From the sequence record SRR2962707_4620: a stretch of 53,814 nt of DNA. One strand, given 5' to 3'. The notes beneath the pieces are model-generated. The model was not told the origin of the DNA. It was given only the letters and a program-made list of their open reading frames with translations, and searched no databases. This document shows positions 20,965 to 31,554 of this stretch, in pieces (positions within the stretch are counted from its first letter, which is position 1; each line of letters begins with the position of its first letter). The position numbers and the translations under genes were made by a program.

Positions 20965-22242
20965 TTAACTGGCTACTGTGTTGAATAACTCAAAGTAGGT
21001 CGGGAAGGTTTTTGAGGTACAACCTGGGTCATTGATGGTGACTGGCGTGTCGGAAAACGCAACCAGTGAAAAACACATGGCAATGCGGTGATCATTGTAA
21101 GTGTCGATTGCCGCATGGTTTAGGGTAGCGACAGGCGTCACTGTAATAAAATCTTCCCCTTCGATCACATCGGCGCCGAGCTTTTTCAGTTCAGTTGCCA
21201 TGGCGTACAAACGGTCTGTTTCTTTTACTCGCCAGTTATAAATGTTACGGATGGTGGTTGGGCCTTTAGCAAACAAGGCGGTAGTGGCAATCGTCATGGC
21301 CGCATCTGGAATGTGGTTCATGTCTAAGTCTACGCCATTTAGCTCATGATGCTCTGCTTCAATCCAAGTAGGGCCGTAGGTGATTTTTGCACCCATTTGC
21401 GCGAGTACATCCGCAAATTTAACATCCCCTTGAACGCTGTCTGAACCCACGCCGTGTACCTTGATTTTTCCGCCTGCAATGGCCGCTGCCGCTAAGAAGT
21501 ATGACGCCGAAGAGGCATCGCCTTCGACCATGATTTCGCCAGGGCTTTGGTAGGTTTGTTGGCCTTTTACGACGAAAGCTTGGTAATTTTGGTTTTCTAC
21601 TTCAACGCCGAATTGCTTCATCGCATGCAAGGTGATGTCGATGTAAGGTTTAGACACCAATTCGCCATCGACATTAATCGTCAAATCGCCTTTTGCGAGT
21701 GGTGCACTCATCAAAATAGCGGTCAAAAATTGGCTAGAAATGTTGCCCTTAATAGAGACTTCACCACCGGATAGGCCAGAGGCTTTAATGCAAAGTGGCG
21801 GGTAGTTTTTCTCACCTTCATAGCGAATGTCGACACCCAATGCTTGTAGTGCATCGACTAGGTCGCCAATAGGGCGCTCGTGCATGCGAGGTTCGCCGTG
21901 TAGGTGAAATTCGCCTTGTCCTAAGCAAAGTGCAGCGGTCAGTGGGCGCATGGCGGTGCCTGCATTGCCTAAAAACAAATCGCCAAAATCGGCTTGGATA
22001 GGACCAGCCAGACCTTCCAAAATACAAGTAGTGCCTTGGTCTTCTAGAGAATACTTCACCCCTAATTGTTTTAGGCTGGCTAGCATGTGTTTGATGTCAT
22101 CGCTGTCTAGCAAGTTGGTGATTTTAGTGGTGCCTTTGGCAAGTGTTGCCAGCAACAATATACGATTTGAAAGGCTTTTTGAGCCTGGAATTTGGATTTC
22201 GCCATTGGCGTGCTTAAGAGGGCCAAGTGTGATTGAGTTCAT
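20965..22242 (-). CDS. aroA: 3-phosphoshikimate 1-carboxyvinyltransferase (EPSP synthase, E. coli-like class I)
   Basis: [48 protein letters not shown]. Confidence 0.98.
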   Translation of the reverse strand: MNSITLGPLKHANGEIQIPGSKSLSNRILLLATLAKGTTKITNLLDSDDIKHMLASLKQLGVKYSLEDQGTTCILEGLAGPIQADFGDLFLGNAGTAMRPLTAALCLGQGEFHLHGEPRMHERPIGDLVDALQALGVDIRYEGEKNYPPLCIKASGLSGGEVSIKGNISSQFLTAILMSAPLAKGDLTINVDGELVSKPYIDITLHAMKQFGVEVENQNYQAFVVKGQQTYQSPGEIMVEGDASSASYFLAAAAIAGGKIKVHGVGSDSVQGDVKFADVLAQMGAKITYGPTWIEAEHHELNGVDLDMNHIPDAAMTIATTALFAKGPTTIRNIYNWRVKETDRLYAMATELKKLGADVIEGEDFITVTPVATLNHAAIDTYNDHRIAMCFSLVAFSDTPVTINDPGCTSKTFPTYFELFNTVAS

Positions 22243-22303
22243 TATACATTCCGTTAGAGGTTTACATATGTTCGTTTGATGACGACGAGTGACTCATCGT
22301 TGT

Positions 22304-23209
22304 TTATTCATTATCGCTAAAGTCATCGATCAAGGCGCCATTATTGAGAGCGGCCATGTCGAGTTCATTAAGAGCTTGGTAGGTGTCTTCGATGGTTTGA
22401 ATGCGCGCATTGGCGCTGTCATAACTGTCTTGATAAACACTACTGGCTAGCATGCTGATTAGGTTCATGACGCTGGCGTAGGAATCAAAGGCGGACACGC
22501 CTCGAACCACGCAAGAGAAATGTAAGTCACTAATTTCATGAGGATTTACATCGGCATGATCGGTGATGTAAATCAAGCGTTGGCCTTTTTTACGCAGGCT
22601 AATCATTAGGTTTTTCAACCAAGAAGGACGTCGTCTTACGCCCATAATAATGACGATGTCGTCCTTGCTAAATCCCGCGACTTCTTCACCCAAGGTTTGA
22701 CCCGGTAATGGCAACAACTGTACGCCTGTACGACATTGGGTAAGTTGCTGGCGAAGGTGTAATCCCAATGCGTGATTGTTTCGATAGCCAATAATATAGA
22801 CTTTTTCAGCGCGGCTGATCCAACGAACGGCGGTTTGATAGTCTTGGCTATTGATGGACTCTAAAGTGCGTCGAATATTGCTCTGATCACAAGTGACATA
22901 GTCTTGGAAAAGTGTCGACAGAGGACGGTTTTCTGGCTGCTTTTCCGCTATTGGGGCTCCCCAACGGCGAGCAGCACGAACCTGCTTTTTTACCTCGGTG
23001 AAATCCTTATATCCCAAACGCTGTAACAAGCGTGTGACCGCTGATTTAGAGACGTTAGCCAATTTAGCCAGTTCGGTGGCCGAATACGTTGCGATATCAC
23101 CTTGGTGATTCAGAATGCAGGCCGCCAGCTTTTGCTGAGTAGGCGAAAGCTGGTCGTAAATAAGCTTAATTCGTTGTTCTATCGATTGATCTTGCATTAT
23201 TAGAGTCAT
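22304..23209 (-). CDS. RpiR/MurR family transcriptional regulator
   Basis: N-terminal HTH (SATELAKLANVSKSAVTRLLQRLGY) plus SIS domain; divergent from alc. Confidence 0.9.
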   Translation of the reverse strand: MTLIMQDQSIEQRIKLIYDQLSPTQQKLAACILNHQGDIATYSATELAKLANVSKSAVTRLLQRLGYKDFTEVKKQVRAARRWGAPIAEKQPENRPLSTLFQDYVTCDQSNIRRTLESINSQDYQTAVRWISRAEKVYIIGYRNNHALGLHLRQQLTQCRTGVQLLPLPGQTLGEEVAGFSKDDIVIIMGVRRRPSWLKNLMISLRKKGQRLIYITDHADVNPHEISDLHFSCVVRGVSAFDSYASVMNLISMLASSVYQDSYDSANARIQTIEDTYQALNELDMAALNNGALIDDFSDNE

Positions 23210-23413
23210 TTTAATTCGCGAATTGACAAATAATGAAGGAAAACGCGGCGACAGGGAAGGGGTTACTCTAAGTTAGTCACGGATTACGTGCTCAAAAGAG
23301 TCAAAAGTTTTATCTTTTATTATTCTGAAACAAATGTATTATCTAGAAATTGATTTAACCACGATTCGCCGACGATGCATTTGCATTCTGAGGTGCCACT
23401 GTAAGGAGTGTTC

Positions 23414-24400
23414 ATGTCTCAATCTGCCACTGTTTGGTATGGGGTTAACCTGGCTTCAGAACGATTAGGGGCCAAAGCCCTGTTTGCAAACGACGATTTT
23501 TTTGCTCCAAAAGAAAGGATGCTACAAGACAGTGACCCTGTTTTTATTGCAGGCAAATACGATGACAATGGGAAATGGATGGACGGCTGGGAGACTCGCC
23601 GTAAACGCGAACAAGGTTACGATTATTGCGTCGTTCAATTGGCGGTGCCAGGGCGCATAAACAAAATAGAAATCGACACGCGTCATTTTACTGGCAACTA
23701 CGCACCTGCCGCTATGCTAGAAGCGTGTCATTGTGACGGTGTGCCAACGGCCTCAACAGAATGGACGGCCATTACCAATACGGTGGCGTTAGAAGGGGAT
23801 GCTCGTCAGCTGGTGGATATTGCGAGTGACCAGGTGTATAGCCATATTAGACTCAACATATACCCTGATGGTGGTGTGGCTCGGCTGCGAGTATACGGTC
23901 AACCAGAAGTGGAGTGGAGCGGCTTGGGCGCACAATCACTTGACCTCTTAGCGATGGAAGTCGGTGGTCATGCGATCTGCGCAAACGACGAACATTTTGG
24001 TTCTATGCACAATCTGAATCTGCCTGGCAAAGGCATTAATATGGGGGATGGCTGGGAAACGCGTCGTCGCCGAGAACCTGGCAATGATTGGGTAATATTG
24101 GCGTTGGGGCATCGTGGTGAAATCGAAGAAATCATCATTGATACGGCTTTTTTCAAAGGCAATTTTGCAGACGCTTGCTCCATTCAAGTCGCGGATGCGG
24201 GTAATTTGCCAGACACTACTCTGGCGGCTCAAAGCTTGTATTGGCAAGAGTTGCTGCCAAAATCCAAGCTAGGAGCCGATCAAGAGCATTCTTTTAAAGA
24301 GGCGTTGTTGGAGGTTGGGCCTATTACTCATTTGCGCGTTAATATCTTTCCGGATGGCGGCATCAGTCGTATCCGCGCGATTGGCAAGCCAGTTCTCTAA
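23414..24400 (+). CDS. alc: Allantoicase
   Basis: Two repeats each with DGWETRR(K/R)R and (Y/F)PDGG(V/I)xR; AAGGAG RBS. Confidence 0.95.
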   Translation: MSQSATVWYGVNLASERLGAKALFANDDFFAPKERMLQDSDPVFIAGKYDDNGKWMDGWETRRKREQGYDYCVVQLAVPGRINKIEIDTRHFTGNYAPAAMLEACHCDGVPTASTEWTAITNTVALEGDARQLVDIASDQVYSHIRLNIYPDGGVARLRVYGQPEVEWSGLGAQSLDLLAMEVGGHAICANDEHFGSMHNLNLPGKGINMGDGWETRRRREPGNDWVILALGHRGEIEEIIIDTAFFKGNFADACSIQVADAGNLPDTTLAAQSLYWQELLPKSKLGADQEHSFKEALLEVGPITHLRVNIFPDGGISRIRAIGKPVL

Positions 24401-24409
24401 GGGGGCGAG

Positions 24410-24943
24410 ATGCGATTGATTCCTGAACCATTAAATGCCCAAGTGTTTGCGCCTTTTGGCGAGGTGATTGAAGCCACCGATGCCGCGCCGTCTTTTTTTA
24501 TCAATGGGGGCACGACCCAGCGTTTTCATGATCTGGCTACGGTGACCATGATGGAAGAGGCTGAAGACTCGCAGGGAAGCCGTCCTGTGCATGCAGGCAT
24601 CAGTGTGTTTCGAGGTCAGGCTAGGCGCTTTCCTATGATGATTACCATGTTGGAAAGACACCCCAAAGGATCGCAAGCATTTATGCCGTTACAAGAGCGT
24701 CCCTATTTTGTCGTGGTTGCTCCTCCAGGAGAGAATGATAAGCCAGACCTTAGTCAGCTGCGATTATTCTACGCAAGTGGACAGCAAGGGGTGAATTATC
24801 ACCAAGGTACTTGGCATCATCCGCTATTGGCGTTAGAGCAAACATCGGACTTTTTGGTGGTGGATCGCATTGGTGGTGGCCCGAATTGCGATGAATATCC
24901 ATTCCCTGACGGCCAGTCGTATGTGATCGATACTGGTAAATAA
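24410..24943 (+). CDS. allA: Ureidoglycolate lyase
   Basis: FAPFGEVIE, LERHPKGSQAFMP, QGVNYHQGTWHHP, FLVVDR. Confidence 0.93.
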   Translation: MRLIPEPLNAQVFAPFGEVIEATDAAPSFFINGGTTQRFHDLATVTMMEEAEDSQGSRPVHAGISVFRGQARRFPMMITMLERHPKGSQAFMPLQERPYFVVVAPPGENDKPDLSQLRLFYASGQQGVNYHQGTWHHPLLALEQTSDFLVVDRIGGGPNCDEYPFPDGQSYVIDTGK

Positions 24944-25020
24944 GCGGAGATCATTTGCGGTAAAAGTGAGATGGCTTAGAATAGCAGGATGTTCACCATA
25001 AGAAGAAAGGAAAGCCTGTT

Positions 25021-25920
25021 ATGCGCCATCAATATCACCCATTAGGATTTGAAGGATCTCGGATCGCTCAAGGCTTCTGGCGTTGTCTAGAATGGGGTAT
25101 GTCACCCGCCGAGCGCTTGGGCTTTATTGAGGCTTGCTTGGACCTTGGCGTGACCACATTCGATCATGCGGACATTTATGGTAAGTATCAATGCGAAAGC
25201 CTGTTTGGAGAGGCGTTGGCCTTGAAGCCCGCGTTGCGCGATAAGATGGAAATCGTTACCAAATGTGGGGTGCTTTTACCGGCTGAACGCCGTCCAGAGA
25301 TTGGCCTTCATCGTTATGATTATCGCAGTAAGCACATTATCGAAAGTGTCGATGCGTCGCTGGCGGCATTACAATGTGACTATATTGATACCTTATTATT
25401 GCATCGTCCTAGCCCCTTGTTGGACGCCGATGAGGTTGCGCAGACGCTCGATCACCTTTTCACTCTTGGCAAAGTAAAGCATTTTGGTGTTTCCAACTTC
25501 AGTGCGCCCCAGTTTGATTTATTGCAGTCGCGCCTTGATGCCCCTCTCGTGGTGAACCAAGTTGAGCTTTCGCCGCTGGCACTAGAGCACTTTAAAGATG
25601 GGACGTTAGAGCATGCGCAACAACACGCCGTTACTCCAATGGCATGGTCACCGTTTGCTGGCGGCGCTGTCTTTAGTGGCGTGGACGACAAAGCCGAGCG
25701 CATCAGAAGTGTGCTGCAAGCGATAGCGAACAACCGTAATGTGACCATGGATCAGGTGGTGATTGCCTGGCTATTGCGTCACCCTTCGGGTATTTGCCCT
25801 GTGATGGGGTCAGGTAAAATAGAGCGTCTTGAACGCGCTGTTGATGCCACTAGGTTGCTATTAAGTGACGATGATTGGTTTAGAATTTGGATTGCCTCAC
25901 AGGGGCACCCGGTGCCATAA
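25021..25920 (+). CDS. Aldo/keto reductase (YdhF-like)
   Basis: FDHADIYG, TKCG, LLHRPSPL, GVSNF, NQVELS, MAWSP. Confidence 0.9.
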   Translation: MRHQYHPLGFEGSRIAQGFWRCLEWGMSPAERLGFIEACLDLGVTTFDHADIYGKYQCESLFGEALALKPALRDKMEIVTKCGVLLPAERRPEIGLHRYDYRSKHIIESVDASLAALQCDYIDTLLLHRPSPLLDADEVAQTLDHLFTLGKVKHFGVSNFSAPQFDLLQSRLDAPLVVNQVELSPLALEHFKDGTLEHAQQHAVTPMAWSPFAGGAVFSGVDDKAERIRSVLQAIANNRNVTMDQVVIAWLLRHPSGICPVMGSGKIERLERAVDATRLLLSDDDWFRIWIASQGHPVP

Positions 25921-25944
25921 CAGGGTCGATACCCATTATCTAGG

Positions 25945-25985
25945 AAAGGCCGCTTAAGGATAACTTAAGCGGCCTTTTTGTTTTT
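25945..25985 (+). terminator. Intrinsic terminator
   Basis: aaaggccgcttaag/cttaagcggccttt plus T-run. Confidence 0.85.
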
Positions 25986-26104
25986 GTCTCAAATCCCCAT
26001 CGTTTTTTAAACGCTTTTGATCGAATGTGTGCAAGCCATGCAAAAAAATTGCACTTTTTTGGAACTTATCGAAAAGTGTAAGGTCAGTAAGAGGGTAAAA
26101 GAAT

Positions 26105-26123
26105 GGTAATGATAATGAATATC
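26105..26123 (+). promoter_or_regulatory. Fur box
   Basis: GGTAATGATAATGAATATC matches 16/19 positions of GATAATGATAATCATTATC; upstream of an iron-uptake cluster. Confidence 0.8.
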
Positions 26124-26190
26124 GATTGATTTTGGTTTTTTGCATTACAAATTCCGTTCTTATCTTTTTTAAAATCACAGGGTAGCTCTT

Positions 26191-27558
26191 ATGAAAAAAA
26201 CATTACTCACTGCTTTTATTGGCGCTAGTGCATTGTCGCTTCATGCACAGACTTACGACTTTGCTGTGTCTTTGCCTGATTACCAAGGCGACGCCAGCTC
26301 ATCGGTGTCTTATGGTGGCCAGATTGCACGTCATGCTTTGCACAACTCTCTTAAAAAAGCATCCAAAAGCGGTGATTTGGCACTAATGGAGTCGTATTTT
26401 TCAAGCAAAGCAGAAGGCCTAAGCATTTTAGATCCGGTCAGTAAAAAAGGCTTTGCGATCAAGCAGTCGAGTATTGATGAGTTATCAAAAGGCAAGGATC
26501 TTAAGTCGAGCGCTTACCCAGGCACAATCACAGGCTGGCCGGGCAATTTAACTGGACCAGAAGTGTTACAGCAAATGGTCACTAACGCGGCCAACACAAA
26601 GGGCGGCTACGACCCAGTTAATGGTTATGATTACACTCAGCTGATTTCTAAATTCACCATGGGGGCGGTGTTTTATAACAAAGCGGTGAACGATTACCTT
26701 GATGAAAAACTCGAAGCGGATGTGAAACCAAACGATAAACCTTACAGCAAGGGCGCACCTTATACAGGCAAAGAGCATGTTTGGGATGAAGCGTTTGGGT
26801 ACTTTGGTGCGCCGATTAATGGTTTAGAATTAACCCCAAAAGAAGTGGTTCAGATTGTAAAATTGAACCCAGACTATTTCGCTAAAGCGGACGCTAACAA
26901 AGATGGCGTGGTCGACTTAAAAACGGAAATGGCGTTTGCGCATGCCTACTATGCTGCCAGCATTGATGCCAGTGGCAAGACAGATTATTTCCATACGATT
27001 TTGCAGGCCTTCTACGATGGCCGCAGCGTGATTCAAGACGCCAAAGGCAAGGTTCTTAGCGCGGCACAACGTGAAGAGTTAAAAAGCTATGCGAAAGTCA
27101 TCGGCGAGGCTTGGCAGCAAGTGATTGCTGAAGCGGCTTTCAAATACGCTGGTAGCGTGTACGCGGATTTGGAAAAAATCGCCATTATTGAAGAGTCGAA
27201 CGGTGATGTGAAAAAAGCGTACCGTAACTATGTAAAACATTGGGGCGAGCTAAAAGGCTTTGCTTTGTCTCTGCAAGCTGCCGGCCGTGATCTAGGGCGT
27301 ACCCAGTCGCAATTGGATCGTTTGATTGGTTTTAGCCCAGTGTTATTTGGCAACGCTCAAGTTGTTGCAGCCAACAGCAAAGGGGAATTCACTCAGTCTG
27401 AATCAGTGACCATGCAAGAATACAAACTGAATATGCTGAAAGTACAAAACCTGCTAAGCAGCCATTTTGCGTTAACTGCGAAATTGAATGATCGTACTGG
27501 CGGTATGGACGATGTGTTAGAACAACTAAAATCTGGTCCTAGTGCAGAAAACGACTGA
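26191..27558 (+). CDS. Secreted DUF4856-like protein (putative iron-regulated)
   Basis: Signal peptide; SVSYGGQIARH, YTQLISKFTMGAVFY, EHVWDEAFGYFG, KHWGELKGF motifs recalled from DUF4856; EF-hand-like DANKDGVVDLKTE. Confidence 0.7.
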   Translation: MKKTLLTAFIGASALSLHAQTYDFAVSLPDYQGDASSSVSYGGQIARHALHNSLKKASKSGDLALMESYFSSKAEGLSILDPVSKKGFAIKQSSIDELSKGKDLKSSAYPGTITGWPGNLTGPEVLQQMVTNAANTKGGYDPVNGYDYTQLISKFTMGAVFYNKAVNDYLDEKLEADVKPNDKPYSKGAPYTGKEHVWDEAFGYFGAPINGLELTPKEVVQIVKLNPDYFAKADANKDGVVDLKTEMAFAHAYYAASIDASGKTDYFHTILQAFYDGRSVIQDAKGKVLSAAQREELKSYAKVIGEAWQQVIAEAAFKYAGSVYADLEKIAIIEESNGDVKKAYRNYVKHWGELKGFALSLQAAGRDLGRTQSQLDRLIGFSPVLFGNAQVVAANSKGEFTQSESVTMQEYKLNMLKVQNLLSSHFALTAKLNDRTGGMDDVLEQLKSGPSAEND

Positions 27559-27589
27559 TCACTATGATGGTTAGAGAGCCTGTCTCGTC

Positions 27590-28621
27590 ATGACGACGGT
27601 GGACTATGGTGGTTGGCTGATCAATGAGCTGTCGTTGGCAGTGAGTGATTTAGTCAACCCGAGTAAAAGAGTGTCGATTCTGTATTTTGCATCGGCGCTC
27701 TTTTTTGCGTTTGTTCTCTTTCTATTTCGATATGGAAAGGGCGCACCCCGTCGACTGAGCGCTTTGTTTTCGTGGCGGCTTTGGTGGCACCCGTCGGCAC
27801 GAGTGGATTATGCGCTTTGGTTGGGTAATCGACTGATATTGTCACTCTTATTCCCTAAGGTCATTACTACCCTTGGGGTGGTGACTTGGCTGATGTTTCA
27901 ATTACGAGAGGTAGGCTTGTCTCCGCTGGCGATGACGATTCCAGATTGGAGTGTTATCGCGCTATTTTCCTTGTGTTATTTTTTATTGGATGACTTCTCG
28001 CGTTTTTGGTTGCATTGGTTAATGCATCGGTGGTCATGGCTGTGGGCCTTTCATCGCGTGCATCACAGTGCCAAGGTGTTAACCCCCTTTACGGTATTAA
28101 GAACGCACCCAGTGGAAGGTATGTTGTTTTACGGTCGATCCTTGTTGGTGCAGGGAAGTTTGGTGGCGCTGTTTGTGACCTTGTTTCCAGGGCAGGTTTC
28201 TTTATTAATGATAGGCGGTGTTTTTGTTGCCACCTATGTGTTCAATATTTGCGGCGCTAACCTTAGACACTCTCCGGTGCCGATCAGTTATGGCAAAACA
28301 CTAGAGCGTTGGCTTATCTCCCCAGCTCAACATCAGTTACATCATTCTGCTGCGGTGGAACATTATGACTGTAATTTTGGGGTGGTATTGGCGGTGTGGG
28401 ACCGTTGGTTTCGTTGTTTGCAATTTGGTAGTGATCAGCAAAAACTGCGTTATGGTACTTTATCGACACTCGATCAAGCGGGGGTGTTTGGCCAATATTT
28501 ATCCCCCATCTTGTTTTTAGGGCGTGGTCTTAATGGACAACAAGCAGGCTTAATTAAGACCACCTTGGTTAATGCAGGTAAAGCGAAAGCAAGAGAAACA
28601 ACGCAGGCCAAACCAGAATGA
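27590..28621 (+). CDS. Sterol desaturase/fatty acid hydroxylase superfamily membrane protein
   Basis: His boxes HWLMH, HRVHH, HQLHH plus NFG...WDRWF; multiple TM segments. Confidence 0.88.
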   Translation: MTTVDYGGWLINELSLAVSDLVNPSKRVSILYFASALFFAFVLFLFRYGKGAPRRLSALFSWRLWWHPSARVDYALWLGNRLILSLLFPKVITTLGVVTWLMFQLREVGLSPLAMTIPDWSVIALFSLCYFLLDDFSRFWLHWLMHRWSWLWAFHRVHHSAKVLTPFTVLRTHPVEGMLFYGRSLLVQGSLVALFVTLFPGQVSLLMIGGVFVATYVFNICGANLRHSPVPISYGKTLERWLISPAQHQLHHSAAVEHYDCNFGVVLAVWDRWFRCLQFGSDQQKLRYGTLSTLDQAGVFGQYLSPILFLGRGLNGQQAGLIKTTLVNAGKAKARETTQAKPE

Positions 28622-28743
28622 ATCGTGCCAATAGAGCCGTGACAAAGTAAGTTTTAATCTGAGTATTATCGACTTTCGGTGCCTTGTCATCGACTGTGTG
28701 TTGGTAATGTTTTATTTATTGAGAAAAAATAAGAGAGTCAAAT

Positions 28744-29808
28744 ATGGCGTTTCAATTGTCTAAAGTTTCATATTTTTCACAGCAAGCTCGCTTGTCTCAT
28801 GTGGTCTTAGCGGCTTCGATTTTGGGCAGTTCAATGGTCGCTTCTGCTGCTGAAGAAGTGAATGTCTACTCGGCCCGAAAAGAAGCCTTAATCAAACCTA
28901 TGTTAGAGCGTTTTACCACGGGCACAGGCATTAAAGTCAACTTGGTAACTGGCTCTGCGGATGCGTTATTGCGTCGTTTGCAGGTGGAAGGGTCAGCGAG
29001 CCCTGCGGATTTGTTTATTACAGTGGACGCTGGGCGCTTATATCGAGCGAAACAAGCCGGCGTGTTGCAACCTATCCAAGACGCTGAGTTAGAAGCAACG
29101 ATTCCCGCTAATTTGAAAGACAGCGACGATTACTGGTTTGGTTTGTCGCAACGTGCTCGAGTGATTTTTTATAACCCGAAAAAAGTCGATGCCAGTGAAC
29201 TTTCAACCTATGAAGGGCTGGCTGATGCAAAATGGAAAGGCCGGATTTGTGCTCGTTCTTCCAGCAATATTTATAACCAATCTTTAGTGGCGTCTATGAT
29301 AGATGCGGATGGCAAAGAAGCGACGTCAAAATGGCTAAAAGGCTTTGTCGCGAACTTCGCTCGACCGCCTTTTGGTGGTGATACGGATTTGCTTAAAGCC
29401 GTTGCGGCCGGTGTGTGTGATATTACGCTGGCCAATACGTATTATTTCGGGCGCATGGGCAACAGCGACAAAGCGAAAGATCAAGCGGTGTTTAAATCGC
29501 TGGCAATTTTCTGGCCTAACCAAGCGCAAGGGCAGCGTGGTGCGCATGTCAATGTGAGTGGTGCTGGGGTGACAGCATCGGCGGAACATAAAGAGAATGC
29601 GGTAAAATTGATTCGCTTCTTAAGCGGCCACGAAGCGCAAGAATGGTACGCAGAAGTCAATAATGAATACCCTGTAGTGAAGGGCATAGAGCCACCTAAA
29701 GTGTTGCAGACATTTGGCACTTTTAAAGCAGACGCACTGTCGTTAAGCGTTTTGGGTGATAATAACCGTCTTGCTGTTGAATTGATGGATGAAGCAGGTT
29801 GGAAGTAA
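28744..29808 (+). CDS. Fe3+ ABC transporter substrate-binding protein (FutA/IdiA/FbpA type)
   Basis: VNVYSARKE, SPADLFITVDAGRL, RSSSNIYNQSL, ANTYYFG (tandem Tyr iron ligands), NNEYP. Confidence 0.92.
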   Translation: MAFQLSKVSYFSQQARLSHVVLAASILGSSMVASAAEEVNVYSARKEALIKPMLERFTTGTGIKVNLVTGSADALLRRLQVEGSASPADLFITVDAGRLYRAKQAGVLQPIQDAELEATIPANLKDSDDYWFGLSQRARVIFYNPKKVDASELSTYEGLADAKWKGRICARSSSNIYNQSLVASMIDADGKEATSKWLKGFVANFARPPFGGDTDLLKAVAAGVCDITLANTYYFGRMGNSDKAKDQAVFKSLAIFWPNQAQGQRGAHVNVSGAGVTASAEHKENAVKLIRFLSGHEAQEWYAEVNNEYPVVKGIEPPKVLQTFGTFKADALSLSVLGDNNRLAVELMDEAGWK

Positions 29809-29839
29809 TTTTTTACCGTGGGTTTGATGTGAGCGGATT

Positions 29840-31489
29840 ATGATGTCTAAGCAGAGAGTGGTGCGTTCGCATTCTCCTTTTGCGTGGCTGAAGTGGGCGG
29901 CCATAGGGATCGCCTTGCTTCTTGCTTTGCCTGTGTTGGTGGTCGTGGCCAATGTGTTTGCGGGCAGTGACGGCGTATGGGCCCATTTATGGCGCACTGT
30001 GTTAGCGGATTATGTGAGTAATTCGTTGCTCTTAATGGTCGGCGTTGCTGTTGGTGTGCTGTTGATCGGGGTGCCTGTTGCGTGGCTAACCAGTGTCTGT
30101 CGCTTTCCCGGCTCGTCTTTTTTGAGCTGGGCGCTGCTGTTGCCGTTGGCGATGCCCGCTTACATCATTGCGTACACCTATACCGGTTTACTGGATTTTG
30201 CTGGCCCTGTTCAAGAGACCATTCGGGCCTTGAGCGGATTGGGTTACGGTGAATACTGGTTTTTTGAAATTCGCTCTTTAGGTGGAGCGGTGATCATGCT
30301 CAGTCTGGTGCTTTATCCTTACGTGTATTTGATGAGTCGAGCGGCCTTTCTAGAGCAATCGGCGAATACATTAGAAGTGAGCCGAACACTGGGCTATTCA
30401 AATCTCTCAGCGTTTTTTCGCTTGGCCTTGCCGTTGGCACGTCCAGCGATTATCGCGGGCTTAACATTGGCGATGATGGAAGTACTTGCCGATTACGGTA
30501 CGGTGCAATATTTCGGTGTGGCTACCTTTACGACGGGCATCATGCGCACCTTTTACGGCTTTGGTGATCTTGCGGGAGCGTCACAATTAGCGGGCGTCTT
30601 GCTATTGTTTGTCTGTGTGCTGATTTTCACCGAACGATATTCTCGACGTAAATTACGCTATCACGCGTCGGGATTACGCAAAGCGAGTCAGAGGGAGCTG
30701 GTGTTGTCGGGTTGGCGCGGTGTGGCTGCGTTTGTATTTTGCTGCTTGCCGGTGCTGTTTGGCTTCTTATTGCCCGCGGGAGTCTTATTGTATTGGTCCC
30801 TATTTGAGGCTGAGCCTTTGACGTGGGATTTTCTTCTGCTGGCGTGGCACTCTTTTTACTTGGCCTTTTTAGCCGCCTTAATTGTTGTGGCATTGGCTTT
30901 AGTGTTGTCTTACGCATTGCGTTTGCACCCTAGTCGGAGTGTTTCCAGTGCTGTTGCCAGTGCAGGTGTCGGCTATGCGTTGCCTGGCACCATCATTGCG
31001 ATTGGTGTAATTGTGCCGTTGGCTTGGCTGGATCATAGGTTGATCGAGGTGGTAAAAGAGGTCACCGGTGATAACATTGGCTTGCTGTTCTCTGGCACCA
31101 TTATCGCCTTATTGTTTGCCTACGCAGTGCGTTTCATGGCGGTGTCCCTTGGTGCGGTGCAAAGTGGGTTAGGTAAAATCAAACCCAGCATGGACATGGC
31201 AGGGCGCTCATTGGGGTTGACCCCACTGCAAGTGTTAAAGCGTGTGCATTTTCCTTTGCTTAAAGGGTCTGTGTTGACGGCGTTATTAATTGTGTTTGTT
31301 GATGTGTTAAAAGAGCTGCCAGCGACGTTAATTCTGCGGCCTTTTAATTTCAATACCTTGGCCGTCAGGGCATTCGAGTTGGCCTCAGATGAGCGGTTAG
31401 TCGACGCCGCTCCTGCCTCGATTATGATTGTCTTGGTGGGGTTAATTCCGGTGGTGTTGTTAAATCGTTCAATATCAAAACATCATTAA
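29840..31489 (+). CDS. Fe3+ ABC transporter permease (FbpB type)
   Basis: Duplicated permease; PLAMPAYIIAY, LPLARPAI, KELPATLILRPFNF. Confidence 0.92.
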   Translation: MMSKQRVVRSHSPFAWLKWAAIGIALLLALPVLVVVANVFAGSDGVWAHLWRTVLADYVSNSLLLMVGVAVGVLLIGVPVAWLTSVCRFPGSSFLSWALLLPLAMPAYIIAYTYTGLLDFAGPVQETIRALSGLGYGEYWFFEIRSLGGAVIMLSLVLYPYVYLMSRAAFLEQSANTLEVSRTLGYSNLSAFFRLALPLARPAIIAGLTLAMMEVLADYGTVQYFGVATFTTGIMRTFYGFGDLAGASQLAGVLLLFVCVLIFTERYSRRKLRYHASGLRKASQRELVLSGWRGVAAFVFCCLPVLFGFLLPAGVLLYWSLFEAEPLTWDFLLLAWHSFYLAFLAALIVVALALVLSYALRLHPSRSVSSAVASAGVGYALPGTIIAIGVIVPLAWLDHRLIEVVKEVTGDNIGLLFSGTIIALLFAYAVRFMAVSLGAVQSGLGKIKPSMDMAGRSLGLTPLQVLKRVHFPLLKGSVLTALLIVFVDVLKELPATLILRPFNFNTLAVRAFELASDERLVDAAPASIMIVLVGLIPVVLLNRSISKHH

Positions 31490-31554
31490 GAAAACACTGA
31501 ATTAGAGTATTTTTTATAAAGCCAGCTTAGCGAAAGGGCAGTTTAGGAAACATC

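Noticed and set aside
28652-28670. Second Fur box before the Fe3+-binding protein gene
   Set aside because: Only about 10/19 matches in AT-rich DNA
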